A DNA stretch of 64,000 nt from Chrysomallon squamiferum (lineage: Eukaryota > Animalia > Mollusca). This document shows positions 23,747 through 63,414 of the stretch, in pieces. Both the position numbers and the translations under genes were made by a program. The DNA lies in contig CM022676.1 in the NCBI GenBank assembly GCA_012295275.1, forward strand, positions 4,030,001 to 4,094,000, read 5' to 3'. The notes under the pieces were generated by a model. The model was given only the letters and a program-made list of their open reading frames with translations, did no database searches and was not told the DNA's origin. Position 1 is the first letter of the stretch, and each line of letters begins with the position of its first letter.

Positions 23747-24006
23747 GTAATAATAATAATAATAATAATATAGTACTACTACTAATAATAATTGTAATAG
23801 TAATAGTAGTAATAATAATAATAGTTGTAGTAGTAGTAATAACAATAATAGTAATAGTAGTAATAATAATAATAACAGTAATAGTATAATATAATAATAA
23901 TAATTATATTAATAATAATAATATAGTAGTAGTAGTAATAATAATAATAATAATAATAACAGTAATAGTAATAATAATACAAATAAAAATAATAATAATG
24001 ATAATA

Positions 24007-24041
<35 letters not shown>

Positions 24042-24078
24042 TAATAATGATAATAATAGTAATAGTAGTAATAACAAT

Positions 24079-24111
<33 letters not shown>

Positions 24112-25119
24112 AATATGTACGAATAATGGCTTTATTTAAGACAGGACTTTGTGTTTTTCGTGACTCTCTGAATTTCGTGGTTGAATTGACACGGATGTAT
24201 TTTCAAGCATTTAAGGTAATGAACGTTATCTAAGTCAAAGCCAAAATGTCTACTCCAGCGATCTACGTATAACAGCTTTCAAACAAAATAACACTGGAAT
24301 ATAAGCGAGTCTAGACAAATAAAGTTATAAACCAAAAAACATAACTAACTTACCTTCAACAATAACGTTAAATCAAAAGCTTTTTTTTTTTTATCTCCCT
24401 TTTGGTGTTGTTCTGCTGGTTTTTCTGTTGGTTTTATTTTAAAACTTAACGAACACAAATTATCTACAAGGAAGTTAGACTGAGTGCAAAGTGCACAATG
24501 CTTTAGCTGTCTTTATTGTTTGTTCAGTGATATGTTTCGAGGCGTGAGGGGTAAATTTATAAATATACATTACGATAATAGCGTATATTACTTGCGTTTT
24601 ATGGGGCAAATCCAGGAACATTTTACGCTATTGCTTAAACAGTAAGTATTACAATATCTCTATTACTTTATTTTAGATCGAATTCAAGCAGGTTGAAACT
24701 AGATATCAGTTAAGGTTTTGTTTATAATTAACATCACTGCTGTTTTCAGGGGGGAACACAAAATATATATTTTTAAAAAATAACCTTATCACCATCACCC
24801 AGTCAAATTAGTTTAATACTTTTCAAACATCACCTTACAACAACAACAAAAAAAAAAAAATGAAAAAAAAAACAGAAACAAAAGTTACTTTAGTGAGAAA
24901 TCAGTAACTTAGTAAGTAAGTCAATAAATAAGTAAGTAAGTATTTAAATAAATAAATTTATCCAGCGCCCCACCCATATCTGCCTGTGATCTGATAAGAC
25001 TATATCTAAGAGAAACAAATGTTTATATAACCTAGACAGCTATTGATATTTAATCTCTCTTCTTCTCTCGCTGTGTTGACGTAATTACTATGAAGACTTG
25101 CTTCAGTTTACTAAACTTT

Positions 25120-25390
25120 AATTTCCAGTTCTAGCCAGTGCTCCGTTACAAATAAATTTTTGTGTGAGTTTGAATGTGAAGAGGTGTATAAAAGACTCGA
25201 CACTGAAAACGAGTTACAGTACGATAACAGCTGATTTCCAGTTCTAGACAGTACTTCGTTACAAATCTTCTTTTTTTTTTTTTGTGTATGAAGAGGTGTA
25301 TAAAAGACTTCATGCTGAAAACAGTCTAGAGCAGCTATGAATATGACAACAGCTGATTTCCAATTCTAGACAGTGATCCGTTTAAAAGAG
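25120..25390. repeat. Tandem ~110-120-bp upstream module (TTCCAGTTCTAG.CAGTGCTCCGTT / AAGAGGTGTATAAAAGACT)
   Basis: Three copies here. Homologous copies at ~17609, ~49320-49470, and in reverse at ~37280, ~56290 and 63415-63670, in each case 5' of a CABIT-SAM gene or of its expected position. Confidence 0.7.
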
Positions 25391-25468
25391 ATATATATTT
25401 TTTTTTTTGGGGGTTATAGGAAAAGGAATGAAAAGGACACCATGTTGAAAGTGCGTATAAATTATGTG

Positions 25469-25500
<32 letters not shown>

Positions 25501-25685
25501 CGTTTTAATGTTACCGTCATCACAGAAATTACAGATTTCAAATATAGATTTTACTAAATACCAGGTAAACTGCTACAACAGATCAGAAACACGACTTACA
25601 GTTCAGGAGCTCATTCTGAAGAGAATTAAAATTCAAAGATTAAATTTGTATTCACAGACTGAGTACTGTGATAACACACACACAG

Positions 25686-25719
<34 letters not shown>

Positions 25720-25874
25720 ACAGACACACATACACACACACACACACACCTTGATATCGCACCACTGCCATTAATACGCAAGCGACGTATCATATATCGT
25801 AATGTATACTAAAGACACACCTGTGTCAGGCCACGAAAAAGAAACAAACAAACAACACACGAAGAGCTGACAAG

Positions 25875-25950
25875 TACAGATAAAGCGTTGCGCAATTTTT
25901 GGATGTCAGTCGAACTTCCTTGTTTTTTATTATTTGCTTTGCAGGTGAGT
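25875..25950 (+). promoter_or_regulatory. Putative core promoter and non-coding first exon of copy C
   Basis: GATAAA at 25879, Inr-like TCAGT at 25906, donor CAG|GTGAGT at 25944/5; same arrangement upstream of E and H. Confidence 0.45.
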
Positions 25951-26300
25951 CAGTTGTGTGTATTGGTTTGTAATGTTGTTATGTGTACTCTCTTATATTT
26001 GCGAGTTTTTTTTTTTTGTGTGTGCGTAACACAGCTCGCTACAGTACGTTCCTTGCCTTTGACTTGATGTTCATTACCTTAAATACCCCAGTATACGTCT
26101 GTGTCCATTAGAGTGCGGGTTTGCGACAGTTCTGAGAAAAATAAAGTCCTGCCTAAAACAAAACATTTTTCATTATAATTATTATTATTGTTGTTGTTGT
26201 TGTTGTTATTGTTATTGTTGTTGTTGTTGCTGCTGTTGTTGTTTTTCTTGATGTTATTGTTGTTCTCGTTATTGTTATTGTTAGTTATGATCATTATTAG

Positions 26301-26403
<103 letters not shown>

Positions 26404-26419
26404 GTTATTTTTATTCTTA

Positions 26420-26453
<34 letters not shown>

Positions 26454-26701
26454 CATCATTTTTATTTTTTAACATCATCATCATGTTATCATTATTTATA
26501 TTTAATTGTTGCTTCATATATAATAATCTGATAAACATGAGTAGCACTATGTTTAAACTATTGAATAGGAAAAAAATAAAGTCAGTAATGAATACATATC
26601 CGGCTTTAGAATGCCAGGAAGCAAAACTATAACAATAAAAATAATCTTTTTCACTCTCTTCATAACGTTTATTTTATTGTTCATCATTTTCATTTCAGAA
26701 T

Positions 26702-30134
<3,433 letters not shown>

Positions 30135-30344
30135 GAAAAAAAAAAAAAAAAAAAAAAGGACAAAATAGATGTTTGAGAGTTGCAAGTTTTCAATGTGAAA
30201 CTGAACGATGGTTCGAAATAGATATAAGTACATGGTTCTGCGTATATCGCAGTGTAGTTTTGTGTAGATATAAACTGTTCGGTAGATTTCGTATAAATGG
30301 TATATTTATCAATTCATCGAAGGGCATAGATTAAAACGCATTCT

Positions 30345-30377
<33 letters not shown>

Positions 30378-32052
30378 CTTTTAGCTGTAAATGTTTTATT
30401 CCGGTTTAGGATTGCCCCAAAAGTGTAACTATTATAAAAAGAAGAAAAAAAGAAGTATTAATAAAAATAATAAAAGTAATAATAATAATAATAATTATAA
30501 GCTGAACTTGTATCCGTCAAAACACTAATAAAGTATCTAAAGATATTCTGTATGTTCTGCATTTAGTATGTTTTTTTATCTTTCCTTATTTTATTTATTT
30601 ATTTATTTATTTTAAACTGGTTTATCACTACATCCACTACTACTACAACTATAACTACTACAACACTGTTCAATAGCACGATTATTTTATTATTATTATT
30701 AATTACTATTACTAGTCCTACTATTTTAAAACTATTACTAGTATTACTATTTTTAAAACTACAACTATTCTTGCTATTACCATTTACTATTACTACTACA
30801 ACTACTAATACTACAATTTTGCTACTACTTTTACAACTTTTATTACTATTACAACTACAACTACTACCTTTATTACTATAACTGCAACCACTGTTACTAC
30901 TACTACTACTACTACTTCTACTACATTTATTACTACCATTAATACTACCATCTCTATTCTATTACAGCTACTTTTACTTTTATTACTATTACAGTTACTA
31001 TTACTAATGTTATAAATGTTACTAGTACTTTTATTATTACTACTACTGCTACGTGTATTATTATTACAGCTACTACTTTTTTACTGCTCCTACTGCTGCT
31101 ACTACTACTACAACTACTGCTACTTTTACCCGAAGTTTACAACAGAAGCATCACATTTCCACATCCGCTATACCAGAAATATATACAATACAACAACAAC
31201 AACAGGAACAACAACAATTATAAGAAGAAGAAGAATTATAATTTAACAATAATATTAAAAATAAGTACAACAACAACAACAAGAACAGCAACAACAATAG
31301 TAAACTATTGAATTCACACCTACAAAATAACAGATGTAAAATAATATAAATAAATAAATTACGGTATACTTGCTACGAAGATATCCGATGACTTAAAACT
31401 TTCGTAAAGAAAAATGCTTTTCAGTTTTCTTCGTCGGAAAAACCCGAGTGCACCCACCCATAACTGGTGACTCGCTGCAACTTCCTCGTAGACACATTTC
31501 TGTTCGTTGAAGTGTTTAAATAAACAACAACCACAGCAAAGAAAGTGTTGAAACCTTGTGTTTCAAGGTAAGTCGGTTCTGTTTGTCGGTTTGTAATGTT
31601 GTTGTTTTGAACTCTCATGTTTCACTTCAAATCTAAAGAAGTGAAATTTCACACTAAAGAGCCAGCCTTTGACCTAAGGTTAATTACCGTAAATCCTTCA
31701 ATACAAGGCGGTCTCTGAACACCCTGTTTCTTATAAATTATTATCATTATTATTAATATTATTATTTGTATTATTACTACTACTACTACTATTACTATTA
31801 TTATTATTTTTATTATTCCTATTATTATTACTTTTAATATTATATTATTATTATTATTACTAATACTACTATTATTATTATATTACTACTGCTACTACTA
31901 CTACTACTACTACTACTACTATTACTATTATTATTATTATGTTTATTATTACTATTATTATTACTACTACTACTACTACTATTATTATTATATTACTACT
32001 GCTACTACTAGTACTACTACTATTACTATTATTATTATTATTATTATTACTA

Positions 32053-32108
<56 letters not shown>

Positions 32109-32194
32109 TACTATTATTCTGATGTTGATGATGTAACTGTAGCAGCAGTAGCAATAGAATTCTCAATTTTATTATTTATTTTTTATTTCAGAAA

Positions 32195-35814
<3,620 letters not shown>

Positions 35815-37005
35815 GAAGAAGGAGAGAAAAAAATGTATTTGACAATCGTGTCTAAGCGTTTGTGCTACTGTAGCTGTCTGTATATATATATATATATATA
35901 TCGGATTTCTCATAAAACAATTCATGGAAGGACATAGATTAAAATGCATTCTATTTTCATTGATGGAAACAATTGTTTTTGGTTAGGAAATGTAAAAGCT
36001 GGCAATGACGTAGTTTCTCAGAGTATTGTTTGTTCATAGTTACGTATTCGACTAAAGTGTAGTGATTGTGTAAAATGAAAAAAAATTGCTAATCTCTTTA
36101 AGTTAATTCCCAATCTAACTATCTGAATTGTGCTCCACTTCTTCTACGTTTTGTAATTAATTTTTTTCTTTTTTCTTTTCTTATTTAAACACACACACAC
36201 AGAGACTCACACACACGCACACACACATATACACACAGACACACACACACACGTACACACAGACACGCAAACAGACAATATACAGAATAATCAGAACGAC
36301 ACAAAAAAATATTTCTAAATTACAAAACAAATTCTTAATTTTTTTTTTTCATTAACATTATTATTATTATACTCAAACTCTTTTCGCATCGTTTTTCTGA
36401 CAATAAAAAATTATTATTATTATTTTTATTATTATTGTTATTGTTGTTTTTGGTATACTTGTTTTTTCTAATATTTAGATTAGCTCATCAGTGTCTATTA
36501 TAATCAAAACTTGTTTTTCTTTGTCTGGACATCAGGATCATTTTTATCAGAATAATTTCACCTCTCAACATATCGACTGCAGATATTAAGACCAGTTTGA
36601 AAGAGGACCTGTTTAGGTATACATCCTTATCGAGTACGAACATTTTCGGAGTAATTCTCATCGCAAATGAAATATGGAATATTTCGTTCTGTTAGTTTTA
36701 GTGTGTCTGTGTGTGCGTGTGTCCCTGTGTGTGCGTGTGTGCCTGTGTGTGTGTATGTATATATACGTGTTTATGCGTATGTGTCTGTATGTGTATATCG
36801 ATGTGTATGTATATCTGTGTTACCAAAGTGCTCAGTCTGTTATGAATATTTGAATCTTTCGCTGTTAATTCTCGTCAGAATGAGGTCCTGAACTGTAGGT
36901 CGTGTTTTTGATCTGTTGTAACCGTTTACCTAGTATTTAGTAAAAAAAATAACAACAACATAAAAACATAAAATTTATAATTGGTATGATGATGGTGACA
37001 CACAA

Positions 37006-37116
<111 letters not shown>

Positions 37117-37433
37117 CTAAACCTGACTTTTTTACACTGAAGTGATTGATAAGACATTTTCTTATATATTATATGTACTATGATTTTGTAATGGTAGATG
37201 AAAACACGAACTATCCACTTTCAACACCGTGTCCTTCCTTTTTATACCTTTAAACTATACACAGAAAATGTATATTTGAAACGGAACACTGTCTAGAACT
37301 ACTACTACTACTGCTATTACAACAACTACTGCTATTACTACTTTAATTAGTAATCCAACTTATTTTCTAAAAAAAAGATATGGTTATACGATAAAATTAA
37401 TAACAACAACAACAACAACAACAACACAACAAC

Positions 37434-37480
<47 letters not shown>

Positions 37481-37919
37481 CAACAACAACATCAACAATA
37501 ATAATAATAATAATAATAACAATAATAATAATAATAATAATAATCACTAATATGTTTGACATTAGGAAAGTCTAACCAGCTGTAAGATTAAGCGTGACCT
37601 GTTTTTTTGTAACGTTATTAGCCGATCCGTCTGGGTGACTTGATGTGGTCATTTTTTAAATATATATTTTGTATTCGAGAACTCAAAACAACTATAATGC
37701 TAATTATAAACACTACTTTAACTGAGATGTACTTCTGAACTGCTTCAATTCGACTTTCAACCATAATATACATGTTATAATACTTAGTGTCAGCAATAAC
37801 TTAAGTTGTGTCTTGAAATTTCTGCGTTTTCTCCCCAAAAGGCAAATGACAGACTGGTATATCGTGATATATGTTTTTTTTTAAATTTGCCTGTCAGGCC
37901 ACGAACAGATGCTATTAAC

Positions 37920-38090
37920 AAATGATAAAGATAGATAAAGCGTAGCGTACTTTGGATTCAGTCGAACGTCTTTGTAGATAGATTTCTCTTCGTTAAATGT
38001 AAAACAAATCTGAGCGATACAAACAGGACAAAAAAGCAAAGAGTTAAAAAACTTCTTTTTTTGTTTCTTTTTTTTCTTTTGAAGGTAAGT
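37920..38090 (+). promoter_or_regulatory. Putative core promoter and non-coding first exon of copy E
   Basis: Tandem GATAAA sites (TGATAAAGATAGATAAAG), TCAGT Inr-like motif at 37958, donor AAG|GTAAGT at 38084/5; conserved at ~56935-57103. Confidence 0.45.
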
Positions 38091-38281
38091 CAGTTTTGTG
38101 TATTGGTTTGTAATTTTATTATCTATGCTCTCTTATATTTAATGTATTCATTTGTTCGCTATAGTATACTTCTTCCCTTTAACTTAAAGATCATCACCTT
38201 AGACATCTGAATATACGTCTGTTTGCATTAGATGGCTGGACTCTGAGAGTCACGAGAAAAATATAGTCCTCTCTTAAATAA

Positions 38282-38395
<114 letters not shown>

Positions 38396-38426
38396 ATTTC
38401 ATAATTTACTATTTTTATTTCAGAAG

Positions 38427-41425
<2,999 letters not shown>

Positions 41426-41508
41426 GTAAGTAACGGAGTGAGAAAATATGTTAACATTTTTTGTTTGCTTGGTTGTTTGTTTGTTTGTTTGTTTGTTTGT
41501 TTTTTCAT

Positions 41509-41540
<32 letters not shown>

Positions 41541-41914
41541 TATTATTGTTTTCAGTTTGTGTGTTTGTTGTGCTTTTTGAAGCTCTGTTTATTTGTTTGG
41601 TAATTTCTTTTTTAATTATTTTCTTTTTTTTTTCATTATTATCTTTATTATTAGTAGTATTATTATCTTTTTAATTTTTAATTTATTTGTCGATATATTT
41701 CATTAATGTATTTTGGATTTTTTAAATTTATTTTATTGTCGTATTATTTTTATATATTTTTTTTCTTTATTTCTACACTTGTTATTTAAATTTAGAGAAT
41801 TTATTTAAATTATTATTATTATTGTAGTAGTAGTAGTAGTAGTTGTAGTAGTAGTAGTAGCAATACTTAAGCAGTAGTGGTATTAGAAGTAATACTAGTA
41901 GTAATGGTAGCACT

Positions 41915-42114
41915 NNNNNNNNNNNNNNNNNNNNNNNNNNNNNNNNNNNNNNNNNNNNNNNNNNNNNNNNNNNNNNNNNNNNNNNNNNNNNNNNNNNNNN
42001 NNNNNNNNNNNNNNNNNNNNNNNNNNNNNNNNNNNNNNNNNNNNNNNNNNNNNNNNNNNNNNNNNNNNNNNNNNNNNNNNNNNNNNNNNNNNNNNNNNNN
42101 NNNNNNNNNNNNNN
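41915..42114. other. Assembly gap (200 N)
   Basis: Run of n. Confidence 1.
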
Positions 42115-42599
42115 TGATATAACTGGGATTAACCACGGATATGTCAAGGATACTATATGGATATACTGGGATATGCTATTCATTTAATGCTATCCGTTAG
42201 AGATAACATAAAGGTTTCATAAGGGAAGGTTATTTATATTCTACATATGGTAAAATGTATCATCAAAATTATTATTTGTTACTAGTAGTACTCCTCGTAC
42301 TACTACTACTACTACTACTATTACTACTACTACTACTACTGCTACTAGTCTACCATATTACTTTACTACTGGTTCTGATAATCTACTTACATGGTAAAAT
42401 ATATTACAGATAGGTTATAAATAAACCTAAACGTATGGACTAACAGAGATCGTACAATAGCGATAGATTAGGGACATCGTAGGGATAATTCAGATATAAT
42501 TTAGGAATATGGAACAGATATGGTAGGCCTGTCTTCTGGATAAACTAATGATATATAGCAAGTGAGACATCTTTAGCCTTTAGCAAATAATTAAAAATG

Positions 42600-42643
<44 letters not shown>

Positions 42644-42868
42644 TAGCCATTTTTTATAGAGTAACTTCACATATATTTTAGCATTAATAATAGAAATATT
42701 TAATTTAAAAAATATATACAAAATTATGGTTTATTAATTTTATTTCCAATTATTTTTATCCATATTTAATTAATAAGTTGATGCGAGTAATTAATGAAAT
42801 GTGTATTTTAAATGTTTCTTCTTATTAATTAATTTTCGGTATATATATATATATATATATAATTTCAG

Positions 42869-43427
42869 AAAGCAAAAAGAAGAAAACATTTATTACAATC
42901 CAGCCCAAGACAACGGTAAACTAAATTTCTTTAGTTTTTAATGTTTATAGTGAAAGTATTCTGTACACACTGTTATACAGACACATACACACATCCATAT
43001 GTCAATCCACGCTTTGTATATACGCTTTTTTATTTTTGAGTTCCCATCGTGTTTTTTTCTTTTTTCCATCATCATCATTATCATCACCATCGTCGTCGTC
43101 GTCATTGATGTCGTTGTCATCATCATTATTATCATCATAACCATCATTATTATATATCATCATGCTTTTACTATTATTTTCTACAAATATCTATCGTGTA
43201 TCTTTTTTTTAAATTATTTATGAAATTTTGGTACCAAAGTATTAACTGGGAACTGTCTAATTAACCGGTATCCCTCTATTTCTATTGCAGCCAATGAAGC
43301 GCCACCTGGTGACGAAACAGAGGAAAACGCCAATACATACTCCTCACTTGGGGTTCGAGAAAATGTCGAACCCTATGACGTCTTAAAGTTTGAGAACCAA
43401 TCACAGAATGCCAGCGAAGCTATCTAA
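42869..43427 (+). CDS. 3' exons of an ITAM-bearing protein (probable receptor cytoplasmic tail)
   Basis: Exons 42869-42915 (tttcag|..|gtaaac) and 43291-43427 (ttctattgcag|..TAA) splice in frame to KQKEENIYYNPAQDNANEAPPGDETEENANTYSSLGVRENVEPYDVLKFENQSQNASEAI*. AATAAA follows at ~43576 and ~43588. Confidence 0.65.
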
Positions 43428-44463
43428 GTTTCATAGACTCTGAGAAATTCGAATACAGAGTGTTAAAGCTTTACCAAAAGGAAATTTACGAAAACAACAA
43501 TTTTCTATAAAAAAAAAAAAAAAAAAAAAAAACTATTGTAATTCGCTTCCGACTAATGTGTTCCTGTGCAGTTTAAATAAACAGTTTAATAAAATTCTTA
43601 ATTATTTCTGTGTTACTATTTTATTGTATTAAGGCACCTGGCAATGGTCATAGCAAAGTATTACTGTGAAGTAATTCTTTTACAAAACAGATAAATGACG
43701 TCATGCTACTTGTAGACTATAACAAATGGAGTTGTGACGTCATCATGAACTTACAGCCCTTTTTTTTTCTGACAATATTCGAAGAAAATTTAGAAGAACT
43801 CTGTCCACCGTGTACATATGTATGTATGTATGTATGTACGTATGTATATAAACAAACACACATACATACGCAGAGATATACATGTGAAGAGATAAGGATA
43901 ATGAAAATACATTATTATTCTTTAATCACGATTTTCCTAATTAGTTTTTGCCTTTGGATATCGTATAATAATTATCATTTGATCAGGAATGTCTTGGAAT
44001 ATTTTTATCTAATAATAATAGTAATTTTGTTCATGAAATTGTTAAATATTTCCAACTAATAATTGTCGTTCTTTGGTTTATGAATTTTGTTTCAGATATT
44101 TTGATCTAATAATTATCATTTTTCCTGAATTTCTCCTAATATTTTCCGATTATTATAGTTAGTATCAAAAATATGTTTTTATTTTTCTAGACATTATTTG
44201 GTATGGTATGTGTTTCTGTATGTAAATAATAATACAATTAGTTGCAAACATTTCAACTAGTGGGAGGATAATTGGAATGGTTAGATTGGGAATTAGCTTA
44301 AAAAGATTAGCAACGGAGTTTTCTATAATAATGTACCATTGATAAGAAATCCGACAAATATATTATACCTATATATATATATATATATATACAGAGCCGT
44401 CGTTGACTTTCACACTAAAAAGTCACGATTGTTTGTCTCTCCCCACCTTTTTTCTTCTCTCTC

Positions 44464-47786
<3,323 letters not shown>

Positions 47787-47827
47787 ATTCTGAAATAAAA
47801 ATGATGAACAATAAAATAAACATTTAG

Positions 47828-47991
<164 letters not shown>

Positions 47992-49883
47992 CTATTGTTA
48001 TAGTTTTGCTTCCTGGTAGTTTGAACATAGTACTACTCATGTTTATCAGATTTTATTTATGAAGCGAATATTAAATATAAATATAAATGATGATGATGAC
48101 GGTAATAATAATAACAACAACAACAACAATTACAATAACAATATCAACAACAACAGCAACATAGTACTACTAATAATACCAACAATCTCAACAACAGCAA
48201 TTAGTAAAACAATATCCATTATAACAACAAGAGTTACTACTATTTCTGCTACTACTGAACAATAACAACAACAACAGCTACAAAAAGTAAATAAATGACA
48301 ATAACAACAGCAACAACGAAAAACAGCAGCAGCAACATCCACAACGACAATAATAATAATAGTAATAAGATGCATGAAAAATGACTCTATTTTTACAATG
48401 ATTCTCTCTGACCCGCCCTCTAATTCAGACAGACGTATATTCGGACATTTAAAGCAATGTAAGTGAAAGGCAAGTCGAGTACTCTATCGATCTATGTATA
48501 AGAGTCTTTAAACAAAATGACAATGACATATAACATAGAACAGACAATACAGTTATAAACCAATAATCAGAACACACATACCTTCAAAGATAACTTTAAG
48601 AAGAGTGTTTTAATCTCTTCGTTTTGTTGTCGTTCTGTTTGTATTTTAAGTTTAACCAACACAACTCTATCTACAAGCAAGTTTGATTGAGTCCAAAGTG
48701 CACTATGTTTTATCTGTCTTTATCGTTTATTGTGAAATTCTTTCGTTGTCTGACAGATAAATATAAAAGCATAAATCACGATATACCCATATATGATCCG
48801 CGGTTTAAGGGGCAAATCAAACAACTTCAAGGTATAAATGACGTTGTTGTTTACACTAAGTATTATATCGAAAATTATCTGAAGCTGAATTCCAGCAACA
48901 CTGAAACTAGATCTGAGTTAAGGTTTTGTTTATAAGTTAACATCACAGCCGTTTTCAGGAGCGAACAGAAAAAATATATATATTTAGAAAATAACACCAT
49001 CACCATCACCCAGTGAAATCAGTTTAATACTTTTCATTCATCACCTGACAATAAAACCCCAGAAACAAATCTTACTTTAGTGAGCAGTCAGGAAGTAAAT
49101 AACTACGTAAGTAAGTAAGTAAGTAAGTAAGTAAATAAATAAATGCATCAATAAATATAACCGGTGTTGCACCCAGATCCGCGTCTGATCTGATAAGATT
49201 TCACTAACACAGAAAATTGTTTATATAACCTAGATAACTATTTGTTTTATTATTCTTCTTCTTCTCTCACTGTATTTACGTTATTACTACGAAATCTTCT
49301 CCTGGTTTAATAAACTTTAATTTCCAGTTCTAGCCAGTGCTCCGTTTCAAAGATTTATTTTGTGTTTTTTTTTTATGTGAAGAGGTGTATACAAGACTCA
49401 ATACTGAAAGACAGATAGAGTAGCTCGAAGTACGATAACAGCTGATTTCCAGTTCTAACCAGTGCTCCGATTCAAATATTTATATTGGTGAAAGTAGGAA
49501 AAGTAGTAAAAAATAAAAAGAAAGTTGACAAGAATATCTCAACTGAAAGTTGTTTTTTTCAGCTGTCATTTCAAAATCATAGCACAAATAATAAATATGT
49601 GAAAACATCTCATGAATCACTTCAGTGTAGACAAATCAGGTTTAGTCTCGTCTGATATCCATATGTCCTTCTGTCTGTCTGTCTTGTGTGTGCGTGCGTG
49701 AGTGTGTGCGCATTTTACATGTGTGTATGTGTGTGTTTTAATGTCACCGTCATCACACAAATTATACATTTTAAATATATTTGACTGATGACGAGGTAAA
49801 CTGCTACAACAGATCAGAAACACGTCTTACTGTTCAGGGCCTTTTTCTGAAGTGAACTACTACCTTCATTACTATAAGGGCAA

Positions 49884-61113
<11,230 letters not shown>

Positions 61114-62167
61114 AATAACAACAGCAGAAGCAGTAGTTGTAGTAGTAGTAGTGTGCGTGTGCGTGTGGGTGGGTGGGTGTATTTGTGCGTATTCTGTATT
61201 ATTATTTTCTTCAGATATTGCTCTGTACAAACAAGTGGATGTGGACACGACTCAAGGAGACACTATTTACGAGACACTAGAACCTGACCGATTTTTCAGA
61301 TTTGCGAAAGATCAAGAAGAGTATTTGACCTCATCGAACTTTTCGCATTTCCACGGAGAAAATAAATCAAGAGAGATAACTCTATCCACTGAAAATGAAA
61401 TCGACCCGGCTCCTTTACTTCCAAAATCTATTTATAGAAAAAAGCCCATGAAACCACCTGTAGAGCCACCCGATAATGAGAGTGCTGATGATATCCCCCC
61501 TCCCTTACCACCCCGCAACTCTGTCCTGTCACGTGAAAGGACGTCATCGACATCCGATGGTAGAATTAGTGGTTGTGATTACGTCAGAAGAAGTAACGAG
61601 GATTACACTGTCGGTAGAAAAGATGATTACGTCACCGAAAGTAACAGTGCTGATTACGTCATTAGAGGTACTAGTGATGGTTACGGCACCGAAAATAGCA
61701 AAGACAGTGACGTGAAAATCAACAGCAAAGAAGATTACGTCATCAGTAACAGTGAAGATAATTACGTCAGAGGAAAGGCTGTTTTTAAGAAAATGACGGA
61801 AGACAAAGGTGGAGATAAAAACTTGACGGATTTAACAATCGCCGAGATTAGCGAAGTGATGAAAGCGTTGAGGATGCAGAGACACATTGACACGTTCAAA
61901 GAGGAAGGCGTAGACGGATTCCTGCTCGCTGATTTCAATGAACACATCCTGAAAGAAGAATTTAAATTTACAGCGACAGAAACACTGAAAATGATGAAGT
62001 TTATTCGCACAGGACACATTCCACACTGAGAAAGATTTAAAAATAAAATAAATAAACAAATAATAATGAGAAAAAAAGAGAAAAAAAGAAAAGAAACATT
62101 CTAGTAGGTTCAACGTCATCTTTTTCTTTTTCTTCTTCTTCTTCTTCTTCTTCTTCTTCTTCTTCTT

Positions 62168-62226
<59 letters not shown>

Positions 62227-62257
62227 GTTACTGTTATGTTATTATTATTAGACACTG

Positions 62258-62359
<102 letters not shown>

Positions 62360-62504
62360 GTTATTTTATTATTATTATTGTTATTATTATTAGTTGTTTT
62401 ATTATTATTATTATATAACACGTAGTTTCTAATGTCTTTAAGCTAATTCCCAATCTAACCATTTGAATTGTGCTCCCCCACGACGGTTTCTAACATTTGA
62501 TGCT

Positions 62505-62536
<32 letters not shown>

Positions 62537-63022
62537 AACACATAATATAGAGAATAATCACGATGTCTCAAAACAAGTATTCATAATTATTTTTGTTATT
62601 GTTATTATTATCATTGTTTAAATAAAAAGTTTGTTCGCATCGTTTTTCTGACAATAAAGTTGTTACTACTATTATTATTTTTATTATTATCATTTTGTTT
62701 TTGTTTTATTTATTTATATATTAATTTTTCCTATTTTTTTTCTTATTTTTATTTATATTTATTTTTTTATTTTTTTTCTATGACGATTTTTTTTCTAATA
62801 TTTAAATTAAGCACATCATTTTTTAATTCTGATGCAACATTAGGATTATTTATACTAAAATAAAAAAATTCACTTTCCACTATTCATACCGGTTTAAAAA
62901 GAGGCCTTATTAAGGTATATATATTTCCGAGAAAGAAAATATTGTGAGTAAATCTGATCGCAAATGAAATATGGAATATTTGGTTGTTAGTTTTTATTTG
63001 TCTGGGTGGGTGCGTGCGTGTA

Positions 63023-63070
<48 letters not shown>

Positions 63071-63414
63071 TCCGATTGTGTTGTCATGTGTTTGTATTTG
63101 TGTGTGTGTGCGTGCTAAAGTGTGAGTCGTATTTTTCTGTTTGCTGTAGCGGTTTACCTGTGTGTTTATAATGTTTGTGTAGGTCTCCGATTAGTAATCT
63201 CTGTTGTCACAGTGCTCAGTTTGTAAACAACTTTTTTTTTCAATTTCCGCTGTTAATTCCCGTCACAATGAGCTGCTAAAGTGTGAGTCGTGTTTCTGAT
63301 CTGCTGTAGCGGTTTACCTGATATCTAGTAAAATATATATGAAGTTTATAATTTAATGATGACGGTAAAATTAACGGTGTCCTTCCTCTTTTAGACCTTT
63401 TTCTGTAAACACAA

